A stretch of 64,000 nt of DNA, taken from positions 9,906,442 to 9,970,441 of the forward strand of contig NC_069001.1 of the NCBI RefSeq assembly GCF_001194135.2. Direction: 5' to 3'. The notes beneath the pieces are model-generated. The model did not search any database. It saw only the letters and a list, made by a program, of their open reading frames with translations, and had not been told where the DNA came from. Position 1 is the first letter of the stretch. Every line of letters starts with the position of its first letter. Shown here piece after piece: positions 11,532 through 23,249 of the stretch. The stretch is from Octopus bimaculoides (lineage: Eukaryota). The translations under genes were made by a program, and so were the position numbers.

Positions 11532-12112
11532 GGTAAATATATTGAAAGAGGGAGAGGGGAAAGGAGGGGAGGAGAAGAATATATGAAACAGACAGGCCGA
11601 CTGTGACGGCGTGAGAATGTGCAAGAGTAAATTGCATTCTAATCAGAAAATATATCTTAAATATCAATTTTCATTGATCACGTTTTAATGAATTAAAAAT
11701 AAAAAAAAAACAAAGCAAATAAAACGAAAAACATCGTCTACTGTTAAATATGAATATTTGTTTAAAAATTGTTGTGTGTTTAAGAAGTAATTACTATTAG
11801 TCTGGTCGTGTTTGATGACATTTCATTATGTTTATGCTGTTTTAGTTGTGGTTATTGTCTTGCCTGAGCTTCTCACTGATCTAGCAAACCTGTTATAGAA
11901 AGCATTCCAAATGTGACCCTCCCATCATTTTAGTAGTTACTAGGGCGCACATTATCTGATATTCTCTCATCCTACTTGCATTTCCTGGTATTTTGTTACG
12001 CCTGTTGTTATTTGTTGTAGCTATTGTTCTTATTATTGCTTAGCCCTAGGTCAATCTTGTTCTCGCAAACCTTTAATCAAATCTATTCTAAGTGCTATTA
12101 TCGAACCAATTA

Positions 12113-12369
12113 ATAGGATCGCGGTTTCGAATCCCAGACCGGGCGTTGTGTGTGTTTATTGAGCGAAAACACCTAAAAGCTCCACGAGGCTACGGCAGGG
12201 AGGGGGGCACCCCTGTTGTACTCTTTCGCCCCAACTTTCTCTCACTCTTTTTTCCTGTTTCTCGAGTAACGCTGCGATAGACTGGCATCCCGTCCAGCTG
12301 GGGGGAACACATACGCCATAGAAACCGGGAAACCAGGCTAGGCTTGAAAAGGACGCATAAATAAATAAA
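12113..12369 (+). mobile_element. SINE family B variant with an alternative 3' tail
   Basis: Family B head/core (ataggatcgcggtttcgaatcccagaccgggcgttg...gagcgaaaacacctaaaagctccacgagg), then ctgcgatagactggcatcccgtccagctggggg...aaaaggacgcataaataaa instead of the standard tail. Confidence 0.85.
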
Positions 12370-12463
12370 ATACTCAATGTTTAATATTTGTCTTGCTTTA
12401 TCTTTCTTTGTGGTCTCTACTCAACCTCTGTTGTATAATCGTTGTTGGTGCTTCTATTGGTAT

Positions 12464-12660
12464 TACTAATAGTCCTTTCTACTCTATATACTAATAGTCC
12501 TTTCTACTCTATATACTAATAGTCCTTTCTACTCTATATACTAATAGTCCTTTCTACNNNNNNNNNNTACTAATAGTCCTTTCTACTCTATATACTAATA
12601 GTCCTTTCTACTCTATATACTAATAGTCCTTTCTACTCTATATACTAATAGTCCTTTCTA
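12464..12660. repeat. 25-bp minisatellite (TACTAATAGTCCTTTCTACTCTATA)n, at least 7 copies with an internal 10-N gap
   Basis: Exact period of 25 (units start at 12464, 12489, 12514, ...). Confidence 0.95.
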
Positions 12661-12827
12661 TTCCATCCTGAAAGTTTTCAGGTTGGAGGTAGTCGATCAA
12701 AATGGACTCACAAATGGTGATAGACAAATTCGACATTGGAGGAATTTGAACTGAGAATTTAAAGTCGGATAAAATACCACCAGGCGTTTTGCCCAGCGTG
12801 CTAACGATTCAGCCAGTTCGCCGCCTT
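12661..12827 (-). mobile_element. Diverged SINE family A copy whose 3' end runs into the minisatellite
   Basis: ggaatttgaactgagaa...gcgtgctaacgattcagccagttcgccgcctt (head/core) and ggaggtagtcgatc (tail ii remnant). Confidence 0.75.
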
Positions 12828-12856
12828 ATCGTTATTACTAATATTACTATTGTTAT

Positions 12857-13272
12857 AAGGCGGCAGGCTGGAAGAAACCGAAATGTTTAGCGGTATTTCG
12901 TCTGCCGTTACGTTCTGAGTTCAAATTCCGCCGAGGTCGACTTTGTCTTTCATCCTTTCGGGGTCGATAAATTAAGTATCAGTTACGCACTGGGGTCGAT
13001 GGAATCGACTTAATCCCTTTGTCTGTCCTTATTTGTCTCCTCTATGTGTAGCCCCTTGTGGGCAATAGAGAAATAAGAAACGTTAGCATGTTGGGCGAAA
13101 TGCTTAGTGGTATTTCGTCTCTCTTCGTGTTCTGAGTTCAAATTCCACCGAGGTCGACTTTGCCTTTCATCCTTCCGGGGTCAATAAATTAAACACCAAT
13201 TGCGTACTGGTGTCGATCTAATCGACTGGTCTCCTTCCCAACATTTTTTAGCCTTGTGCCTAGAGTAGAAAA
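12857..13272 (+). mobile_element. Dimeric SINE family A (left monomer tail i plus head-truncated right monomer tail ii)
   Basis: Junction cttgtgggcaatagagaaataagaaa|cgttagcatg at 13055-13090; same architecture as 20053-20477. Confidence 0.9.
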
Positions 13273-13885
13273 CAGGTGGTGACCTGGCAGAAAAGTCAGC
13301 ACGCCGGGCGAAATGCTTAGCGGTATTTCGTCTGTCTTCCTGTTCTGAGTTCAAATTCCGCCGAGGTCGACTTTGCTTTTCATCCTTTTGGTGTCGATAA
13401 ATTAAGTACCAGTTGCGTACTGGTGTCGATCTAATCGACTGGCCTCCTTCCCAAAAATTTCGGGCCTTGTGCCTAGAGTAGAAAAAAAGGCGGCGAGCTC
13501 GCAGAAACGTCAGTACGCCGGGCGAAATGCTTAGCGGTATTTCGTCTGTCTTTACGTTCTGAGTTCAGATTCCACCGAGGTCGACTTTGCTTTTCATCCT
13601 TTTGGTGTCGATAAATTAAGTACTAATTGCATACTGGGGTCGATCTAATGACTGTCCCCCCTCCTCCAAAATTTCGGCCTTTGTGCCTAGAGTAGAAACG
13701 AATATTGCTATTGTTATTGTTGTTCTTGTTCATTTATCTTGTCAGTATACTCGTTATAACTAAGGCTGGCGGAATCGACAGCACGCTGGGCAAAGTGCTC
13801 AGTGGTATTTCGTCTGACTTTACATTCTGAGTTCAAATTCCGCCGTGGTCACCTTCGTCTTTTGTCCTCTCGGAGTCATTAAAAT
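13273..13885 (+). mobile_element. Head-to-tail run of further SINE A monomers (13273-13486, 13487-13700, partial 13762-13885)
   Basis: Each repeats gaaatgcttagcggtatttcgtctg...ttcaaattccgccg; the two complete monomers end in ccttgtgcctagagtagaaa / ctttgtgcctagagtagaaa. Confidence 0.9.
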
Positions 13886-13887
13886 AT

Positions 13888-13985
13888 ACCTCTCACTCTT
13901 TCATCCTGCTTCTTGAGTATCGCTGCGATAATGGTGGGGGGGGGGGGCATACGCCATGAACCTGGATAGGCATGAAAAGGGCGAA
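13888..13985 (+). mobile_element. 3' fragment of the SINE B alternative-tail variant
   Basis: ctctcactcttt...cgctgcgataatgg...gggcatacgccatgaacc...gcatgaaaagggcg parallels 12240-12360. Confidence 0.65.
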
Positions 13986-14809
13986 AAAAGAAGAAAAACG
14001 AACATGCTTATCTAATTAAATAAATATAAAATACATTAAGTATATGATCTCACCAACGAGTAAAAAATACGTAAATTCACGAAAGATATGTACAGGACAA
14101 AAAATAAGTACAGGACTACAACATACACAAGAAGAACAAGACACCACCAACGAGTGTAAATACATAATTAGAGACAAGTACGGGACAAAATACGAAAAGA
14201 ATTCTAAGATTTCTTCAGTTGTCGACTGTTAATTACTCCTGGTTCGAGTTTTCAACCACAATATAGGAAACGTTTATAAAACGGCGGCAACAAGAAATTT
14301 TTAAAATACTAAATTTGTGGAGAGTTAGACCTTTGAACGAACAAACAGCGACAGCGTGGACGTAGAGAGTAAACGGTCGATGAAGACAAACATTCAAGGT
14401 CGTTGGGCCAAGACGCATTGTAATGAGTAACGCCTGGGAAAAACTTTGAAAGGATATAGAATAAACAGAAGAGAAGGAAATATTAGAAGAGAAAAAGAGA
14501 AAAAAATGTGGGGAGGCGAGAAAAATTACGTCTGACTAAAAGGACGTTGTCTCTAGAAAAGAGAGAAGAAATGGCCTGTAGTCACGTGACAGCAAGAGGC
14601 AGAGGAGAAGGGGGGCAATAGAGAGGATGAGGGAAAGAAACAAAAGGTGTGAGGAGAATGGAGAGGGAACGAATGATCGTAGAGAGTAGAAGAAAGATAG
14701 ACAGAGGACGGCAAAGAAGGAGGTGCAGAAAAGGAAAATAAAGAGGATTATAGAGGGAAAGAGAGAAAGAAAGAAAGGGAACAGAGAGTAGAGTCGTAGG
14801 TATTCATGG

Positions 14810-15014
14810 GTGTGTGAGTTTCTGTCCGTGTTTGTCCCCCCATCACCGTTTGACAACGGGTGTTGGTGTGTTTACGTCCCCATACCTTAGCGGTTCGGCA
14901 TACAAGTTCGATAGAATAAGTACTAGGGTCGAATCGTTCGATTAAAAATCCCTTCAAGGTGGTGCACCAGCATAGCCACAGTGAAGTGCAAGAAACAAAT
15001 TAAAGAATAAAAGA
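14810..15014 (+). mobile_element. SINE family C, 3' half
   Basis: tgtttgtccccc...tgacaacgggtgttggtgtgtttacgtcccc..ttagcggttcggc...cccttcaaggtggtgcaccagcat...gaaacaaattaaagaataaaaga. Confidence 0.85.
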
Positions 15015-16242
15015 TTAAATCGACTTATCCCCAAATTGCTGGCTCTGTGCTAAAGTTCAAAACCGGACTGGTTGCATACCTGCAGACATTAAGAAAATTA
15101 CCATTTTTCCTCATTGTTCTTCCTGTTGTACCTGTATCTAGTTCAAACGTGGTCGTGTAGGAACGAACAGAATTCTGTTCAAACTCTTTCCAACCGTAAA
15201 AATCCCCCATTTTCGGTCTATCAACTATTGAAATTAACAAATAATTTCTCATTCATTTAAGTCGGTAGAGTGCCATTGGTAGGAACTTCGGCTGCTATTT
15301 CTAGCAGATCATGTGACCAGTACAGACCCTCAGCTATTTTACCGTCGTTCTCATGCTATTTCATTTTTAAATCGATGATTAAAAAAAAAAAAAAAAAAAA
15401 AAAAGACAAATTCCTACATTTTCATTGGTTAAGTGACAGTTGTTATAGCTGTTGCTAGCGCTGAAGACAATTTCTGGCATCGATATTGTTGTAATTGTTC
15501 AAACAGTGATACATTCTCTTGTTCAGGTCAGCCATTAATGTTTTGATAATATTGTCGGTCACTCAATTAGCAATTATTTTACTTTTNNNNNNNNNNNNNN
15601 NNNNNNNNNNNNNNNNNNNNNNNNNNNNNNNNNNNNNNNNNNNNNNNNNNNNNNNNNNNNNNNNNNNNNNNNNNNNNNNNNNNNNNNNNNNNNNNNNNNN
15701 NNNNNNNNNNNNNNNNNNNNNNNNNNNNNNNNNNNNNNNNNNNNNNNNNNNNNNNNNNNNNNNNNNNNNNNNNNNNNNNNNNNNNNNNNNNNNNNNNNNN
15801 NNNNNNNNNNNNNNNNNNNNNNNNNNNNNNNNNNNNNNNNNNNNNNNNNNNNNNNNNNNNNNNNNNNNNNNNNNNNNNNNNNNNNNNNNNNNNNNNNNNN
15901 NNNNNNNNNNNNNNNNNNNNNNNNNNNNNNNNNNNNNNNNNNNNNNNNNNNNNNNNNNNNNNNNNNNNNNNNNNNNNNNNNNNNNNNNNNNNNNNNNNNN
16001 NNNNNNNNNNNNNNNNNNNNNNNNNNNNNNNNNNNNNNNNNNNNNNNNNNNNNNNNNNNNNNNNNNNNNNNNNNNNNNNNNNNNNNNNNNNNNNNNNNNN
16101 NNNNNNNNNNNNNNNNNNNNNNNNNNNNNNNNNNNNNNNNNNNNNNNNNNNNNNNNNNNNNNNNNNNNNNNNNNNNNNNNNNNNNNNNNNNNNNNNNNNN
16201 NNNNNNNNNNNNTCTCTCTCTCTCTCTCTCTATCTATCTCTG

Positions 16243-16276
<34 letters not shown>

Positions 16277-16617
16277 ACGGACGGCGAAAGGCTGAAAGGC
16301 AAAGGCTACCTAAGTTTAGATTCCGCCGAGGTTGACTTCGACCTTCATCCTTTAACGGTCAATGAAGTACGAAGAGAACAGGGATCGATGCAAGTAAATG
16401 CCCTCCCCCCTACCACGCACGTGCCCCTACCAATTTTCAGGTCTTGCGCTTGCCCAGCACAAGACCCCTTTACGCTCTGACTTGAAGTGCCGCCGTGGTC
16501 GAAGTTACCTTTCAGACTTTCAAGGTTGATAACCTAAATACCTGCTGAATACAGGTGTCGATGTAACTGACTAGACGTCTTCCCTGCACCTGCTGGCCTA
16601 GTGCAAAACTTTGAAAC

Positions 16618-16640
<23 letters not shown>
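16277..16640 (+). mobile_element. Two diverged SINE A copies, the second ending in tail iii plus (ATT)n
   Basis: ttccgccgaggttgacttcgaccttcatcctt at ~16320; ccgccgtggtcgaagttacctttc at ~16490; gctggcctagtgcaaaactttgaaaccattatt end. Confidence 0.7.
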
Positions 16641-16648
<8 letters not shown>

Positions 16649-16819
16649 GTTGTTGTTTTTGTTGTTATCATTATTATTATTAGTATTATTATTATTGTTG
16701 TTATTATTATCATCAACAATATTGTTTACTAAAACATTTATCTGATATTTATTTGGCAACTCCTTACTACCAAATGAAGGTCATTTTATATATTGAGACA
16801 GACGTTCGTTTTGTTTTTT

Positions 16820-16867
<48 letters not shown>

Positions 16868-16992
16868 AACTATATATATACACACATATATATATTTATA
16901 TATACATACATATACATATGCAATATACATATAATATATATATGTTTATACACACACATATATATATATATATACCCATCTATATTATATAT

Positions 16993-17024
<32 letters not shown>

Positions 17025-17790
17025 GTATATCTATCTATATTATACATATACTCACACACACACATATAAGTATATATATATTTATGTATATATATATCCT
17101 TTCTAATTAACAAATAATAGAATAAGAAATGGAATTTTGAAAGAAAAAATATGAAAAAGAAGAGAAATGCCTTTTTTTTAGTTGAATAATTGCTTTCTTT
17201 GTTATAGCTCTGTATAGAGTTGTCGTTCTTTGTTCATCTTCTGTGAACTTTCTAAGTTCACAATTGATCTTTTAGTTAATTGGAATAAACACACACATAC
17301 ACATACGCACACATACATGCGTACATATATTCATGCATGCACATATTTATATATTTGCATACACAGCCGCACACACAGGTACTGGTATGTAGACACACCT
17401 ATGTAATAAATACACAGGCAGATATACGTACATCAACATTCACACATGCGTAGACACATCTATAGTCTCGCAGACTGTAATATATTCTTCTGAAACATTG
17501 TATAGCCAAATGCCTTAGATGTAAATATGGACAGCAAGAGAATTAGGCTGAAAAGGAGAGAGAGGGGAGAGAGAGAGAGAGAGACATCATGGTGAGCGTG
17601 TGTGTGCGCATCTATGCATTTAGACACGTATGTGTGCGCATAATGATAGTTAGAAAGATACATACATACATACATGGATGCATAGTGTTAATTAACTAGT
17701 GGTAGAGACAGAATTGGTAATTGCTCCTACACGAAATTCTTTGCGATTCTTGTGTCTACTACTACTACTACTACTACTAATAATAATAAT

Positions 17791-18335
17791 TGGTAAAATC
17801 CGCCTTGCACCTAAGGATATAATTTCAGCCCATGATGTTGACATTCAAAATTTCAACCACCTGTACTATACATCCGTGAAAATCTCAACGATTCTATGTG
17901 GTGAAAAGTTTAGAAAACGGCAACATTCACACGAGAAGCCTACTTGGCAAGAGGGTATTCAACAGCAACTTTAGCGATTTAGGTTTGACATAAAATGTTT
18001 AAAAATTCTTAAGTTTGACAAGACTATCAAACCAACAGAAATCCGAAAATTAAAGAAGAAATATAATATTAAAAATCCATATTTGACATCGATACCACCA
18101 TAGAAATTAACAATGAAGATTGCCACAAGTGGCCTAGGCACTTACCTGAAAAACAGTGATGACTGGATGTTTAAAATTGTCTCAAAGCATGAAAACAAGA
18201 AAGCATCATATTCAGTAACAAAACAGGCAAAGAATAGCTAAGTGAATTCCAAATACAACAAATTCCAGAATTAGACGAACTAGAATCAAGCATAGAAAAC
18301 GCTAAGCGTATGAAAACCAGTGCTTAAACTGCTAC
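17791..18335 (+). mobile_element. Degraded R4/Dong-like fragments after a (CTA)n(TAA)n tract
   Basis: KPTWQEGIQQQL*RFRFDIK...IRKLKKKYNIK (pre-RT region) joined to GLGTYLKNSDDWMFKIVSKHENKKASYSVTKQAK (post-RT region); large internal deletion inferred. Confidence 0.7.
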
Positions 18336-18422
18336 CTTAGATATTCTTACTCATAAATAGCAAGAAAAACCTTAATTAAGAAATCAACCGTAAATAAACA
18401 AAACCCTCGGGTCCATCACTGT

Positions 18423-18453
<31 letters not shown>

Positions 18454-18616
18454 GAGTCGCATATCTACGTATGTTTGACGATAATCAAACCAAATCTTCA
18501 TGATTTCCAGCCACTCATTCAGTGAGTANNNNNNNNNNGTAATTTTGCAAAGACACACACAAACAGACAAATACGAGTGATTACAGGACTCTGCTTTCGG
18601 TTATGCTCACAAGGTG

Positions 18617-18659
<43 letters not shown>

Positions 18660-18660
<1 letters not shown>

Positions 18661-18870
18661 GCAAGACGAGAGAGGAAGGATAGGAAATCATGCAGGACGA
18701 GATAGGAAAGTTATGGGGCATGAGGAAAGTAATGGTGATACCGGTGGGTAATTGGAGTATTAGGAGCAGTTTCCAAGAGCTTTGAAAAACATGATAAGAA
18801 TATTGGAGCTGCTGTCAGGCTCGAAGTGATCCAGAAGACAGCAAAGCAGTGTTGGGTACAGCTCGCATTC
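18660..18870 (+). mobile_element. R4/Dong-like C-terminal RLE segment after (AAT)n
   Basis: MQDEIGKLWGMRKVMVIPV-(frameshift)-IGVLGAVSKSFEKHDKNIGAAVRLEVIQKTA...LGTAR matches the EIxxLW...VxPxxIGALG...QKxALLGTAR end of RLE retrotransposon ORFs. Confidence 0.8.
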
Positions 18871-18963
18871 ACATGGTTCCAGGTTCAGTCTCATTGCGCA
18901 AGTGACTACTACTTTAGTCTCGGGATGAACAAAGCTTAGTGAGTGAATTTGATAGTTGTACAT

Positions 18964-18998
<35 letters not shown>

Positions 18999-19240
18999 TT
19001 GTGTGTATGTACGTTTGTGCTGTATGTGTGTCTTTGTGTCTGTGTTATTCCTCTATCATCGCTTGACAACCAGTGTTGGTGTATCTAGGTACCTGTAGCT
19101 TAGCAGTTCGGTAAAAGAGACTGACCAAATAAGTACTAAGCTTAGAAATAAGACGTGAGGTCGATTTGTTCGATTAAAACCCTTCAAGGCGGTGCTCCAG
19201 AATGGTCGCAGTCAAATGGCTGAAACAAGTAAAAGAATAA
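18871..19240 (+). mobile_element. SINE family C, near full length, with internal (TA)(TG) microsatellite
   Basis: cacatggttccaggttcagtc... head; internal tandem tract 18964-19040; tail ggcggtgctccagaatggtcgcagtcaaatggctgaaacaagtaaaaga. Confidence 0.88.
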
Positions 19241-20052
19241 CAGATTACTGAATATGGAGCCGCTGTATTAGCATAGACTCTGTTTCTTATTGTCGTATAG
19301 AATTCGGGGTCACCAAGAAAGTGAATTTTGTAAGATTAATTACAAGCACGATCAGTATAACATCTGTAAAAGTTGTTTTATTTTGCAGGGGATTAATTTT
19401 ATATATAAAGACGTGAATTATTCATACTAGTAATAAGCTAAAACATCTGCTTCTTTTAAATATGGTGTCTACAAAATTTATCGTACAATAAATATTTAAT
19501 TTAAATTGCATTAAACTATACAAGCTAAATACCTGAAGAAAATTTATGTCAGTATTAATGCTAATATATAATATATTTAGGATATGGAAACTATAAATTC
19601 AATGTGTATGATATAGAAATAGTAAGACCAAGGTGGTTTTAAAGTAAATATGTTGCCGTGTAATTCAACAAAAACTACGTAAATAAATAAAAAATGGAAT
19701 CGCTGTGTTATTCTTATAGCTGTTAGCTTCAAATCAATCCAATATTTGGATAAGTACAATAGCCGCAAAAATCAATTTCTATTATGCAAGAGTTGCGGTA
19801 TTAAATATAAAGAAGATATCTTTTTGCTGAGAATATTAATATTGCGGTAAGATTCGTGCAAACAACGCGTGTAATATAGATAAAATTATATACTGTTTGT
19901 AGTTAAACTTTTATAAACAGAAAATGTATTTCTTAATAGATGTAGAGCTAATACACGATCATTTAAGTTACTGGGTTTCAAAAACAGCCAATAAATTATG
20001 TTTTGGAGGAAACCATGTAAATATAAAGCTGAAAATCGTTAATCATGAATAT

Positions 20053-20477
20053 TTCTTTTCTACTCTAGGCACAAGGCCCGAAATATTTCGGGGAGGGGCT
20101 AGTCGATAAGATCGACTCCAGTACGCAACGGGTTCTTAATTTATCGACCCCGAAAGGATGAAAAGTAGACCTCGGCGGAATTTAAACTCAGAACGTAAAG
20201 ACAGACGAAATACCGCTAAGTATTTCGCCCGGCGTGCTAACGTTTCTTATTTCTTTACTGCCCACAAGTGGCTACACACAGGGACAAACAAGGACAGAGA
20301 AACGGGTTAAGTCGATTATATCGACCCCAGTGCGTAACTGGTACTTATTTAATCGACCCCGAAAGGATAGAAGGCAAAGTCGACCTCGGCGGAATTTGAA
20401 CTCAGAACGTAGCGGCAGACGAAATACCGCTAAGCATTTCGCCCGGCGTACTAGCTTTTCTGCCAGCTCGCCGCCTT
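20053..20477 (-). mobile_element. Dimeric SINE family A, second independent copy
   Basis: Reverse complement junction cttgtgggcagtaaagaaataagaaa|cgttagcacgccggg; left monomer tail i, right monomer tail ii. Confidence 0.92.
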
Positions 20478-20488
20478 GCTAAAACAGA

Positions 20489-20610
20489 ATATTCTTTTCT
20501 ACTCTAGGCACAAGGCTCGAAGTTTTTAGGGAGGGGGCTAATCGATTAGATCGACCCCAGTACGCAATTGGTACTTAATTTATCGCCTCCGAAATGATGA
20601 AAAGCAAAAT
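20489..20610 (-). mobile_element. SINE A tail ii fragment upstream of the dimer
   Basis: aatattcttttctactctaggcacaaggctcg...cgattagatcgaccccagtacgcaattggtac. Confidence 0.85.
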
Positions 20611-21756
20611 ATAAGGATCGTGTCGTATAGCCAGCTGGAGACGGTGTCTCCTGGGACTAAATTACAGCAACATTGGTCCAAAACCAGGACTGCCATGTTA
20701 TGTTGGCAAAAATCTGTACTCCATTATTTACAACGTTCCACGTTTACGAGATTAGATTTTCAAGAGATGTGCATGATCTGTTAAACTGGATATCTTGAAG
20801 TAAAATATCGAAAATTCCTTTGTTTAAATCAGTGAAGTCTGTGACTGCATTGTGCGAATGATGTGAAGGCGGTACGTTAAGCTTAATGTTATTTCAATGT
20901 AAACTTTGGACACCTGCTCTGAAAATCCCTGTAATACTACATTAATTTAAGTTTCCTTTCCGTCTATTGTCATAATTTCCTTACAACATGGATATGCGAG
21001 TGTACGCTAGGTTTTTGTCCGGTTTGAGAGATATAGAACAATAACAACAATAACAGCAATATAACAACAACAGCAAAAAGGAAGAACCAATTATGAAGTG
21101 CCAATATAAATGTCAGAACAAGAGAGGAAACTAATAAAGAATTCATTTAAAAATTATATATTAATTTAAAGCAAATATTTGATAAAAAAAATTATAAGTT
21201 CAAGTAATTATAATATTTCTTTTATCATTTATTTTTAATAACAGTTCTACGTTTTATCAACAAATTAATTATCTTATGGATTGTTCTTTGTGTATAAAAG
21301 ATATAAGTATGCAAATTTAATGTGTAAAACACATAAATATTTGATGAATTGTTTGGCTCAGGAAATTAACTTGATAATTTAAATTTGCTCTTAATAATCA
21401 AAAATAGAGAAAAATACTCTGTCGTGGAATCATTATTCGATGCGTTGGTGTTTGTAGAAAGCCAATTACATTTCTAGATGAATTACGTTCCATTGAATAC
21501 ATACATCTGCGCCACGATTCTTAGAATAAATGAAATAATTGAGAGACGTATTTTCTATGAAATTCATTTATTTCCATTTATAAATATTCTATACATTGTA
21601 TATGGAGTGTGTAAAAGAAAAATACAAATAAAAATATTACGAGAATTAGACAAAACGAAACCACCCATTAATAGTGTTATTACCATGAACGATTAACAAA
21701 TATGTTAATATACACAGGAATATTTCTTGTTACTGGGTGTTTCAGTACACGTGCAC

Positions 21757-21799
<43 letters not shown>

Positions 21800-22353
21800 N
21801 NNNNNNNNNNNNNNNNNNNNNNNNNNNNNNNNNNNNNNNNNNNNNNNNNNNNNNNNNNNNNNNNNNNNNNNNNNNNNNNNNNNNNNNNNNNNNNNNNNNN
21901 NNNNNNNNNNNNNNNNNNNNNNNNNNNNNNNNNNNNNNNNNNNNNNNNNNNNNNNNNNNNNNNNNNNNNNNNNNNNNNNNNNNNNNNNNNNNNNNNNNNN
22001 NNNNNNNNNNNNNNNNNNNNNNNNNNNNNNNNNNNNNNNNNNNNNNNNNNNNNNNNNNNNNNNNNNNNNNNNNNNNNNNNNNNNNNNNNNNNNNNNNNNN
22101 NNNNNNNNNNNNNNNNNNNNNNNNNNNNNNNNNNNNNNNNNNNNNNNNNNNNNNNNNNNNNNNNNNNNNNNNNNNNNNNNNNNNNNNNNNNNNNNNNNNN
22201 NNNNNNNNNNNNNNNNNNNNNNNNNNNNNNNNNNNNNNNNNNNNNNNNNNNNNNNNNNNNNNNNNNNNNNNNNNNNNNNNNNNNNNNNNNNNNNNNNNNN
22301 NNNNNNNNNNNNNNNNNNNNNNNNNNNNNTATATATATATATATATATATATA

Positions 22354-22438
22354 CACAGGGTGGAAAATAAACACCTCCCACGTTGGACTGAGCAATGTGC
22401 GGGCTGTAGTGGCGTTAGAGCGGCATGGTAGTTCTCTG

Positions 22439-22474
<36 letters not shown>

Positions 22475-22620
22475 CTATGCGCGTGACACCACTTTATGCA
22501 TGTGTCTGACGTGAACCGAACTTCAAAACTGATGCAACACTGTATGATACACATTACTCCACTCATAACGGAAATCGAAAGATGGGTTGAAACGATAGTC
22601 GTACTGAATACTGAATCCAT
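22354..22620 (+). mobile_element. Possible 5' end of a Tc1/mariner-superfamily element
   Basis: Starts TACACAGGGTGGAAAATAAACACCTCCC next to (TA)n; no clear transposase motif follows. Confidence 0.3.
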
Positions 22621-22904
22621 CTTCTGTTTTATTAATCGATTATTAAGACTGCGGGATTCCTGAAGAGATCTAACAGAAATATACCTTAACTACGGACGAC
22701 ACTAGGTAGCCCAAACCAGTCTAGCGCTTTACTCAACACTAAATTTACACAAGCAGGCATAACAGAAAACGATGCAGAATCACTTATGAAATGATGTACA
22801 TACTTATCCAAACATACATATCTTGATGCATTCATACGTCCATAAATCCCATGTATTTTACAGGTTTTACGTATTAGGTAGCGTGGTCACTTCAAAACTA
22901 CTTA

Positions 22905-22935
<31 letters not shown>

Positions 22936-23249
22936 CTGTGTATCTACGTGTGGATATTTTTATATGTATCAGAATATGTATAATAATATCATATTATAAT
23001 ATGATATTATAATAATATAATAATATAATATCATTGACATAAAAACTACTGTTAATTCTGTTGAATCTGCAAAAAATCCCTTTTAACACACGGCATCTTC
23101 TATCCCATGAATTTGAAATGGCACACTGTCCTGTTTTGCAATTACCAATCCCCAATATAAAGAACCGTCTGGGATCGATATAAAGGATGATATATATCTA
23201 CAGAAAAAAGAAAAGAAAAAAAAAGAAAATGCGAAAAAATTCAAAGACG

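Noticed and set aside
12464-12660. CRISPR-like array
   Set aside because: Units are directly adjacent with no spacers, there are no cas genes, and the context is eukaryotic.
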